Source of the DNA: Octopus vulgaris
Taxonomy: Eukaryota
NCBI GenBank assembly: GCA_951406725.2
Contig: OX597815.1
Span: forward strand, 44,268,001-44,332,000
Direction: 5' to 3'
DNA length: 64,000 nucleotides
This document shows positions 52,690 through 64,000 of this stretch, in pieces. The notes beneath the pieces were generated by a model. That model did no database searches. It had not been told where the DNA came from and worked only from the letters and a program-made list of their open reading frames with translations. Both the position numbers and the translations under genes were made by a program. The number at the start of each line of letters is the position of its first letter. The stretch's first letter is position 1.

Positions 52690-53420
52690 TTTTTAACACA
52701 CTCTACAAAATACTGCATGTCACAGCTGACTAGTTTGCAGAATACACACAGGACATGAAAACAATTTGGAAGCTCGCTATGCAATAAAATTCTGTGTTAA
52801 AGTTGGCAAAAACGCTATAGAATCTTACGAAATAGTAGAGACTACTTATGGATTAACTTAAATGAACCGAGCATCTGTTTTTCGCAGGCGCAAGAGGAAG
52901 GCGAAGCAAGATCTAGCAGGAAGCTTATGATGATCTCCTTTTGCAACAGCAAGGGCATCATCTGCATCCATTAGGTTCCATCTGGCTAGACTGTCAGCAA
53001 ATAGTTCATAGTAGAGGTTTTCAGGAAGAAATTTCGTCGCACTAGGAAATTTCGTTTGCACTAGGACATTTGCATCCTAGTAACCAACAACTTGATAGAG
53101 ATGGGCTTCAGAAATGTCCCTCACCTTCCCAACAGACCTTGCTCCCGGTGAGGTTTAGTTGTTCCGCAAGCTGAAAGACAAAGAGTTAGTCATTTTGAAG
53201 ATACTGAGAAAATGAAAGAGACTGAGGCGAAGGGTCTTGAATACTTTCTCTTTGAAGAACTTCCATGGGGCCTTCACGGAGAGGTTGGGGCGCTACAACA
53301 AGTGCATTGAAGTAAGAGGGTCTTAATTTGAGGAGATATGACTTCTGTTGTTTTTTTTCTTTTAAATTAATAAATGTCTTCCTTGAAAAGGTTTCAATAT
53401 TTCTGAAATGCACCTTGTGT
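52690..53420 (+). mobile_element. Internally deleted mariner relic
   Basis: YAIKFCVKVGKNAIESYEI N-terminus; HLP..DLAP..F.LF.KLK; RYNKCIEVRG C-terminus. Confidence 0.8.
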
Positions 53421-54599
53421 GATAAAAGTTTACATGTCACACGTTATAACTTGGAATATGACTAAATTCAATATTTACAAAAAAAAAGTTGTGTAGTCAT
53501 CAGAAAACTATTCGCTCCAACGAGAAGTTCAAATATACATCTAAAGGATTAAATATCAGAACAGAGCCTTCAGTCACACATATTTTTCTTCAATTTCATT
53601 AGTATGTGTGTCATAACATAGCCTCCAAAACTTATATGTATGTATGTATGTATATATGTATGTATGTATGTACGTATCTTACACACAGATATGCATATAC
53701 ATACATACGTACATATCGTTGAATAGAATAATTAGCTATATGCTTTCAATCCACACTTTCCAGAAAACGATATCCACAAAAGATTAGCACTTTCACCATA
53801 AAAAAAGGCCCCACATTCATCTTTGTAAGGCTTCAAGAATCTTAATTAAGACATCATCCGGCGAAATCCCTTTCGTTTTCCAAATAAATCACATAAGAAA
53901 ACGCAAGAGTATCAAAACAAGACTGAATAAAAAATTAAAACAAAAGGAGAAACTACACAAAAACAACTCCAAAGACACATTTACTGATATGAATTATTTT
54001 ATTGTTGTAAAATATTGTATAATCCAAGTAATAAAAATGTAGTAATACTTGCTGTTTTATTGAACTTCGTTGCTAATGGGTATTTACGATCTGTGTTAAA
54101 TCTTAAGTTATTTCTTATACTTATTTTTATTGGCAATAAACCTGTAATAGAAAAAATTATAAAAGCTCATCAGAAATATATAAGTGGAAAGATAGGCAAA
54201 CACAAAACTAAGTTGCTAAAAATCATCTTTATTTACTTATAAAATTTATATCATATATTCAACTTTTTGATATGATAATAAGGGATATATAATACCAACA
54301 ATAGAAACATTGCATGAAAGATATAGTCACGTAAACAATACACATTATATATATATATATGCATACGTGTGTGTGATTGTGTGTGTATTCTTTTATTTTT
54401 TTATACTTTTACTTGTTTCAATCATTTTGACTGTGACCATGCTGGAACACTGCCTTTTAGTCGAATAAATCGACCCCTGGACTTATTCTTTATAAGACTG
54501 GTATTTTATTCTATCGGTCGTTTTTTGCCGAATCGCTAATTTACGGGAACGTAACCACACCAACATCGGTTGTCAAGCGATATATATATATATACACAA

Positions 54600-54950
54600 A
54601 ATGGGACAAGAACGCAAAACATCCAGGCAGTTAGGTGATACAAAAAAGGGACAACAAAACATCCAGATAGACGATACAAAGAAAACAAGGACAGGTCATT
54701 CGGAGTTTCTTTCCTCAGTCGAGTTCCATCTGTGCAATGTCAGCTGGTTATACTCGAGATTGCTCCAATCTGGCCAGCCCCAAGGAAAAACGGAGAAAGT
54801 TACACAAATACAAATAACAGGACATAACAACAGGTGTCTTTCGACTAAGGACGAATTAAATTAAGCTGGCGTGTGTGGAAGTAAAGCTTAGATGTTGCAC
54901 GGACAGTGGCCGAATCATGAAGGAAAGGTCAGAGAATGAACAAGCAAAAC
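54600..54950 (-). mobile_element. Family P1 repeat with a degenerate reverse-order hammerhead (54700-54763)
   Basis: GCAAU-C-UCGAGU / GACA-UUGC / ACUCGA-CUGAGGA; homologous to 1200-1565. Confidence 0.65.
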
Positions 54951-55099
54951 ATAATAGTATTTTAAAGTCTTTTACAGCTTGTTTCTAGAATAGGTAAGTA
55001 TGTGGATCTTATACTATTGAGTAAATATTTCCTTGTCGGCTAGGTATTCCGTCATCGAAGAGATAAAAATAAAGAATATCCTTAATCCAGTATATTATT

Positions 55100-55450
55100 A
55101 GTTAGGAGTTTGTTGAAATATTAAAGAATTGAGGAATGTTTAAAGGAAAAGATGATATCGATTGGAAGATCTATGATCAAAAGATTCAAGAGAAACATAG
55201 TAAAAGATAGCAGATCCATTGCTGAAGTATCACAGAAAATCCGTGGAAAAAGGTGATAGAAGCTGCTAGTTCTATCGCTGAAAATAAAGAGAAGTGGATG
55301 TGAATGGAAAGCCTTCAGATAGTATGTGATAATATGAAGGAGAGGTATAGTAGTAAATCCAATAGGGTAGATGTTCTGAAAGACGGTACTAATAACTTCT
55401 GTCATCTCTTTTACCACATATTTTCTGTAATACTTCAAATACTGTATCTG
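55100..55450 (-). mobile_element. Very old LINE 3' fragment (CR1/Jockey-like)
   Basis: SHP..RT..FPR..DL..FK motif spacing only. Confidence 0.35.
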
Positions 55451-55636
55451 CTAACCGACACTATCAAAGGGAAAAAGAGAGAGAGAGAGAGGTGAAAGCA
55501 AAACAAGCTTAGTATAGATAACACAGAGTAGTGCTCAAATTCTTATACACGATTTTTTATAAATTTTTATAAATTGTATTTTGTGCTCCATGAAAATATG
55601 CCTCAAGCCAAACTATATTTATCTACCTTACTACCA

Positions 55637-55681
<45 letters not shown>

Positions 55682-56052
55682 TCTTCTTCCTCTCACTTTC
55701 TCTATGTATGTATATTAGGCGCGAAATTGCGATTGACCCACTGGCCGATAACTGATGTGGAGTTGGTGACCATCTCTGTTCCCCATTTGTTTCTGCGTTT
55801 ATATATATATAATGATGTGCGTGTGTGAATGTGTTAAACTTTACTATTAAAATGGTTATGGAATTCTTCAATTTATTTTACGTAGAGCCTAAATTATAAC
55901 CCAAACAGCAGATATAAATAACAATGTCTATAACAGTTAAAATGATTAAAATACGCAAAATAATAAATACTGAAATAGATGCTGTAATGAGAAACAAGAT
56001 AAAAGTCATTTGAAATTTTTGTTCGAAAAATAACAAAAATACAACTATTAGT

Positions 56053-56156
<104 letters not shown>

Positions 56157-56158
56157 GT

Positions 56159-56291
<133 letters not shown>

Positions 56292-56950
56292 TTGTTATTA
56301 TTATTATTAGTATTATTTTGTTTCATTTTGTTTTTTTCATTTTCCTTGTATGTTTTCCCAGGGGGAGAAGAGAGTTTTGAATATCGTTCAAAGAAAGCAA
56401 TATGGTTCTACTAGATCAGCTAAGCTCAATACCCAACAATCGCCTGAAATAGCAGTTACAAAAACATATGTGACAACAACAGTAAGTCAATGTCTCCTTG
56501 TAGCATTTCTTCCTATCAGTAAAGATATTTTGTTGATAAAGAAACAATGTGACTGAACACTGCAAAAGTAATTTATCAGCGCTTTACTGCCCCGCAACTA
56601 AAACTTTGAACAGTAGGAGGTTTCAAAACAGTCCCCGATTGAAAACAAAAATTTGAAACAAAAAAAAAAGAGAACAACAAAGTAAAAATCCCTTGAAAAG
56701 CAGGAGTTAGAAAATAATCCATAACAAGCAACGAAGTTGATTTTTATGATATTGTATCCAACAATGGTAATTTATTACAATCCTTTCTACAATATGCACA
56801 AGGCGTGGCAATATGGTAAGGGGTTTGCATCTCAACCAACCACATGGTTCTGGGTTCAGTCCCACAGCGCAGCACCATGGGTAAGTGGCTTCTACTATAG
56901 CCTCGGGCTGACCAAAGCCTTGTGAGTGGATTTAGTAGATGGAAACTGAT

Positions 56951-57422
56951 ATGTTTCTTTATTAGCCACACAGGACTGAACACAGAGTGGACAAATTACA
57001 AAGTAGAGCTTTTCTTTTGGGGGAGAAAAACAAGTAGGGTAGGTTTTCGATCAAAAGGGATCGTAAAAAGGAAAGAATGAAAACAATAAAGCAATCAATA
57101 GGGATCGTGTATCACAAAAATGTCCTGATGTTAAGTGTAAAGGGGGAAGCAGATAAGGTTTATCCGTGGATAGAAAAGCCTACGGAAAAGACCACGGTAA
57201 CCTCGGTCAATAATGTCACATGTTAACACATTTATTTGCAAGTAAGTAACTGTTTTAAATTTTTCCGGGTTCATAGGGTTATGCTCAAGGTGGCTTCGAC
57301 ATTCATACGTGCCATTTTCTTTGCTACATTCACCCATCTTTGTTTGAAACATTCGCTAGACAAAACTTGCCTCTCTACTCTCACTTTCCTTTTCAAGTGA
57401 TACTTGAAGAAGTTGATGAGAG
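56951..57422 (-). mobile_element. Tx1/L1-like LINE 3' end
   Basis: LINFFKYHLKRKVRVERQVLSSECFKQRW resembles Tx1-type ORF2 C-termini. The 3' UTR ends aataaagaaa and is homologous to the SINE B tail. Confidence 0.7.
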
Positions 57423-57433
57423 ATAGATAAATT

Positions 57434-57493
<60 letters not shown>

Positions 57494-58076
57494 TGTGGAA
57501 GCATCTGGCATAGTGGTTAGGGTGTTAGATTGATGATTGTAAGATTGTGTTTTTGTATCAGTGTTTGTCCCCCACCACCACTTAACAACTGGTGTTGGTA
57601 TATTTACATCCCCGTAATTTTAGCAGTTTGGCAAAAGATAACGATAAAATAAATACCAGGGTTTAAAAAAGTCTTGGGATTGATTTGTCCAACTAAAGAA
57701 ACCATTCAAGACGGTGCCCCGGCATGGCCGCAGTCAAATGACTGAAACAAGTAAAAGGTACACATTTATCTATCTGTCTATATGTATGTAGGCCTATTTA
57801 TTTATCATTGGATAAAGACGCTTCTCGAGTCAAACAGACTCATTGGGCCGCTTTCCCGGTTTTTGATGTGTACATATCTACCACTCCGAGAAGGGTCATA
57901 GTCACTCGCAGGTTAACTCATTTTGCCAGCTGAGTGAACTGGAGCAACGTGAAATGGAGTGTTTTGCTTAAGAATGCAATGCATTGCCTGGTCCAAGAAT
58001 ATAAACCACAATTTTACAATCATGAATCTAACACCCCAACCACTATGCCAGACGCTGCCACATATCTATCTATCTA

Positions 58077-58117
<41 letters not shown>

Positions 58118-58128
58118 TATATATATAT

Positions 58129-58177
<49 letters not shown>

Positions 58178-58307
58178 GAGATAGACAGACAGACAAACAG
58201 ACAGACATACTGATTGATTAATATAGTATCCTTTTACTAGTTTCAGTCATTTAGTTATTGAGCTCTGGTCATGCTGGAACAAACACACTGAGACACACAC
58301 AGACACG

Positions 58308-58338
<31 letters not shown>

Positions 58339-58856
58339 TCCCTCACATACACATGCACACACTTGCATGTATGTACGGTGGGAGAGACAGACGGACTGAC
58401 TGACAAACAGTCACATAGGAAGAAAAACTGAGATATTATAACACTAATTGCGTAAGGTGTGTATGGCAAATTAGGAAAAGAATTAAAAAAAAAAAAGAAA
58501 CGGAAAAAAGAAAAACGCTCCCTTCCATATGAAAAACTAAAAAAGTCTCGAAAAAAACACCAAAAAAAAAAACGGAAAAAAATTTAAACCAAAATCACAT
58601 GATAATCACCAAGTTTTGGCGGGAATAGGTCTCGTGGCTGAAAATGACATGTGATTCGTGTTAGAACAACTGTTACAAGTGATAGCATTCGTTAAAATAA
58701 GAGTCACTAGCATATTCCGTCCTCTTCTTGCTTCAGTGTCACCATCCCTTCCTCTCTATCATTACAATAATTTACAAGTCGAAATTTGAGCTCAAGGACA
58801 GAGCTACTGATGTTTTTGTTTTATTTTTGCTTGCCTGTACTGTGTAATTATATCTG

Positions 58857-58927
<71 letters not shown>

Positions 58928-59199
58928 CACTACTACTACTACTACTGCTACTGCTACTGCTGCTGCTACTACTACTGCTAGGTCCTGCTGCGCTCACAGA
59001 TATATATACACATACACACATGTCTATATGCATATATATATATATACACACACACACCCATGCGTTCATTTATATATGTGAGCGCGCGTGTGTATATAGA
59101 TATACATAATTTGTATATACAAATATATACGTATATATGTACATATATGTATATATACATATATATATACACATACATACATACAAACATACATACAAG

Positions 59200-59233
<34 letters not shown>

Positions 59234-60169
59234 CATACACACACATATATATATATCTATACACACATACATATGTGTATGTGTGTGTTTGGATGTATGC
59301 ATTTATATATGTATACACATGCATACATGCAGATATACATACATACGTGCATGCATACATACATGTATGTACGTACACATACACGCATGATTTTGCTCCT
59401 TATTAATTATCGTTTACTGTGAGGTTATTAGCACTTTAAAGCAAATATCACTTAACAGTGGTTAGAACTATTTAGAGGAAAATGAGACGTTATCTTCTTT
59501 ACTATTGCCACTCAGCAGAAATGCTCTAAGGTGGATGTATCTACGAAATTGTTGAAATAGCAGCCAAAAGTCCCTCTTATTTACACTTTGACTTAAAAAC
59601 GTAAAGAAAGCATTGGATAATAAAGCCCTGGATGTATTCTTAACAAAAAATACATAAAACAGGCGTAGCTGTGTCGTAAGGCGCTTGCTTTCCAACCACA
59701 TGGTTCCGGGTTCAGTCCCACAACGTCGCACCTTGAGCCAGTGTCTTCTACTAAAGCGTGAGGCCGAGTAAATCCTTGTGAGTGGATTTAGTAGACAGAA
59801 ATTAATAGAAGCCTGTCGTATATATATATATATAAGTGTGTGTCAGTATTTGTCCACCACCACCGCTTGAGAACCGGTGTCGATGTGTTTACGTTTCTGT
59901 AACTTAGCGGTTCGGCAAAAGAAACGGATAGAATAAGTACCAGGCTTAACAAAAAACAATAAGTACTGATGTTGATTCATTCGATAAAAAAAATCCTCAA
60001 GGCAGTACCTCAGCATGGCCTTAGTCTAATGACTAAAACAAGTAAACCATAAAAAAATAAAGCCTAGCTGAAGAGATGGTCATGGCCGGTGTTACGTTGA
60101 TCATAGGTTAACTCGATCAAAGCTGACTTAGGACTAGATTATTTCTCATATAAAGTAATGAAGCCTCAA

Positions 60170-61245
60170 ATATAGGGACTGGGTTAGTCGATTACATGAA
60201 CCTCAGTAACAATGGTTTTAAGTTTTGATACAACGCCAACAATTTCGGGAGAAGGGGTTCAGTCGACTACATCTCCACTACTTCTGTTGAGGCATCTACG
60301 ACTACATTAGCCACCGTTTATTTTCTTTATATGTACAGCGGTTGGGTAAGGCGGCGAGCTGGCAGAATCGTTACGACACCGGGCAAAATGCTTAGCGGCA
60401 TTTCGTCCGTCTTTAGGTTCTGAGTTCAAATTCCACCCAGGTCGACATTGCCTTTCGTCCAGTTGAGGTCGATAAAATAAGTACCAGTTGAGCACTGGAG
60501 TCGATATAATCGATTACTACTTACCTCAAATTTCAGGCCTTGTGCCTACAGTAGAAAAGATTAGTACAGCGGCTTTGTAAGTCGAGGACCTAGCAGAATC
60601 GTTATCGGTATTTCGCCTGTCTTTATGGTTTTTTTATTACTACATCGGTCTGGTAAAGCAGCGAGTAGGCATAATCGTTAGCAAGCAAGACAAAATGCTT
60701 AATGGGCTTTTCCTCCGAGTTAATGTTCTGAGTTCAAATGCCACCGAGATCAACTTTTTGCTTCTTATCCTTCAGGATCGATAAAATAAGTATCAGTTTA
60801 GCACTGGGGTCTGTGTAATCGATTTGCCCACTCCCCGAAATTACTGGCCGTGTCAAAATCTGAAACCATTATTACAGCAGGTTAGGAAGGCAGCGACCTG
60901 GCAGAATCGTTAACAAGCCAGACCAAATTCTTACACCTATGTAAGACATCGTGATTACTCACCTGAGCCGTACAAAGATCTATGAGGAAAACCTATTCTT
61001 CCTTCCTCTGTATTTACTTCTTAATTAAGGCGGTGATTTGGCAGAATCGTTAGCATGTTGCGCTATATGTTTAGAGTCACCTTTTCAAGTTTTTATATTC
61101 TGGGTTCAAATACTGCTGAAGTCGACTTTGCCTTTGAAGTCGATAAAATAAGTAGCAGTTCGGTATTTGGGCCCACGCAATCGATTAGCATCTACCCCCT
61201 CTACTTCCCAAAATTTCAGGTCTTGTACCTATAGTAGAAAGAAAT
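60170..61245 (+). mobile_element. Cluster of old SINE family B copies
   Basis: Heads at about 60348, 60585, 60655, 60888 and 61028, plus minus-strand tail fragments at 60170-60290. Confidence 0.8.
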
Positions 61246-61289
61246 CTACAAATACTCTGAGATGCAAAATAACTGTACGCTAAAATAGG

Positions 61290-62470
61290 CTTTATGAAAA
61301 TTCCCTTCATTTTTTTCTCGACCAGATCCAGTTGGAACTTTCTCAGCAGCTTCCGTCATTGTTTTACGCGATTTGGTTTACTTTCTCACAGAAATTCAGA
61401 GTCCTTTCATGAGATGACAGGCCCACAAAGCCTCTCGCTCCCACTTTGATGGCAAGCACTTTGGTTTAGAAGCGTGATTCTGTTAATCTGGTGGCTAAAC
61501 CACCATGTTTTTCTTGTAGATGTGAGTGTCTTCCATTCTTCTTTCATATGGTACAGTGAGTTTAATCAGAATTACTCGTTTTGAGGAAAATGAGTAGAAT
61601 ACAATATCCAATTTCAGTTAACATTGTCTTTCATCGTTTCGAGGTCGATAAATTAAGTACCAGTTGCGTATTGGGGTCGATCTGATCGACTGGCCTCCTC
61701 CCCCAAAATTTCGGGACTTTTGCCTAGAGTAGAAAAGATTCTTGTTGATATCTGGGTGATGTTTCTATTCTGGTAAGTCTGCTGTGCACTCCCAGTCATC
61801 CATTCCATCATGCAGACCCGACTTCCATTATTCAATTGGTATAGTTGAATAATGTTTAACCCCACCCACCGCTGTGTAGAGCACTAGTTAGGCCTCTGAT
61901 GGCATCGTCTTCCCTCAAACACTTGATTGGGCTTTCATGTGTTCCTCTCTTTGGTTTAGCGCTACTTTGTAAGAGCTCAAAACATATCACACTGTTTGTT
62001 TGCCTTTACAGTTATCCGATTTCCCCAACCTCACCAGGAGGTCATATACAGATCTGCGGAAGAAGCTAACACCAAGAGGATTTATGAGCCATATGTCATT
62101 CCAGCAGAGACTTCTCTGGATTGCACTCTCCGACGTAGTCCATTATCTCTGTTGGCCATGTTGGACTAATTTCTGGATTCTTTTGGCATCCTCTCCTCCC
62201 TTCACTGCCTGGATTACCACGCCCTACTTTTACATCTCTTTTGCTTGCCTAAACCCTATCTTTGGTCTAAATATGTTTCATTGAACTCGAGGCTCATTTT
62301 TGCTGCATTCACCATCTCCTGAAGCTTCCATTTTCTGCTAGTTCTCAACTTGCTTTAGATTTTTCTTACGATCTTATCTATGGAATCTTCGAGTATACAC
62401 AAGAGTCTTCTTTTCCAACCTTGAATTTTAGCAGATTATATCTACAGCCCAATAATTAAACACGAATTGA
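61290..62470 (-). mobile_element. HERO-like (R2-superfamily, restriction-like endonuclease) LINE relic, interrupted by a SINE B fragment at 61625-61740
   Basis: WNDIW..P..SF.RSVYDLL; VLSSYKVALNQ; DWECTADL; LDIVFYS..KRVILIKLTVPYE; KVGARGFVG; EAAEK..WIW. Confidence 0.8.
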
Positions 62471-64000
62471 AATTTACCAAAAGTATCAGCATCATGGGAC
62501 AGGCAAACTGGCACAAGGCGTGAATTTTGCCAAAAACATAAGTGCTATAAAGCAAATAAAATAACACCGGGATTTTGCTGACAGCCTTAATTTTATGTCG
62601 GTCGTTTAGTCTTTTGTTTTACGATTATTTTTATTATTATTATTATATGGGGCAATGTATCGTAATTTTAATATTCAGCCATTGTAGTTAAATATTGTGA
62701 AAGTGGTTTATTTAATTTTTTTTTTTTACTTCTTTGCAAAATTATTTTTATTATATTACATTTATTATTGGTTTATTTGAGTCACGATTTTCTCTAGTGG
62801 CATCTGTAAGCCCTTTCAGGAGTTATCAGATTGGTAATTCAGAATTGATGTTTCAGCTTGATATGGTTGATGTTCAGGTCGGTGGTTTTAAAGAGAGACC
62901 TTGGGACAAAGCGAAAAAAGAAGGAAGGGGACTGAACAAAGAAAGAAATAAAGTAAGAGTGTGTGATAAATGGGAGATTATAGGAAGAGAGAAAGAGAGA
63001 AGAAGAAAATGAGAGAGAGAGAGAGAGAGGGGGGGAAGAGAAACAGAGAAAGAAAGAGAGTGAGATATTGGCTATTTTGGAGAAGAGACACAGTGCTATG
63101 TTTCCTCAGTCAAAAGTTTGGGAAGAGGGTCACAGTCAGGGTTGACATGTGATTTTTATTCTGTTTGCAATCTTTGAAAATAAATATTTTCTTTTCTTAT
63201 CTAAGCTGATAGCGATATAGGTTGCAATCACCATGTAAATTCACCATGGAAACGGGGGAGAAAAGCAGAAACGAACAGCTGACTTCTTATATAAACGTCT
63301 CACACGTTTGATGTTTTTCAGCGACACAAACAAGAGTAATATGATTATAGTAAATTCAAAAATGCTAATTCATTGTTTGAAAGCCGATAAGAACCTTGTT
63401 TAAATTGGCATTGCTACGAAATATTAATTTTTTTTTTATACAGGCACGAAACTTCACATGAGGAAATAATATGAGGTGTTCATGCCTTTCTCATTAGTGA
63501 TATCTAATGTAATTAGATATCACTTTCTGTAATAGGTACAGGTATAGTAGTTTCAACTACATGGTTTTGTGTTCAGTCACTGCCTGGCACCTTGGACAAA
63601 CGTCTTCTGTAACGGCCTCGGGCCTTGTGTGAATGGATTTGGTACATGCACACTGAAAGAATCCCATCATATATATATATATACACACACGCGTGTATTT
63701 ATATCTGACATAAATACGCAAGTGTGTGTGTGTGTTTGTACCTTTTCTTACTGACATCGTGTGGTAGTTGTAAAGGCAGGCGGTATCATTTGTGTCCAAT
63801 CTTGAATGAACACATGTTTGGTCATAAGGAAATATTACCCTGCCGGGAAACAAGTACCAGTTGGTAACAAGAAGGCCTTTCATTCATAGAAATTGTAGTA
63901 ATACTGTTTAACCATTGTAAGCATGATGGACAAGTGGTTGTTAAAGCGGTGATACTACTGATGATTACGATAATGAATCAGCTTGTATGGCTTTTGAAAT

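Overview
Repeat-saturated, AT-rich eukaryotic DNA, intronic or intergenic. It is most likely an octopus genome, inferred from the tRNA-derived SINE families and the extreme (TA)n/(CA)n/(TATG)n/(GATA)n density. There is no intact protein-coding gene, and almost all listed ORFs are microsatellite artefacts. One candidate host exon lies on the minus strand (22375-22553). The rest is dozens of SINEs from about 4 families, LINE 3' fragments (RTE, CR1-group, Tx1/L1-like, HERO-like), dead DNA transposons (mariner, pogo, Mutator-like), MITEs with target-site duplications (TSDs), and Penelope-like/retrozyme-like non-coding repeats in inverted or tandem arrangement. The main find is in these last repeats. 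Besides ordinary type I hammerhead ribozyme motifs, five diverged loci (1436, 19702, 24462, 30438, 54700) carry the hammerhead core and helices with the three strands in reversed order: substrate strand, then GAAA strand, then CUGANGA strand. Stems I and III show compensatory base changes between loci. This fully pseudoknotted arrangement is not type I, II or III. All pairing was done by eye, activity is untested, and coordinates of degraded repeats are approximate.
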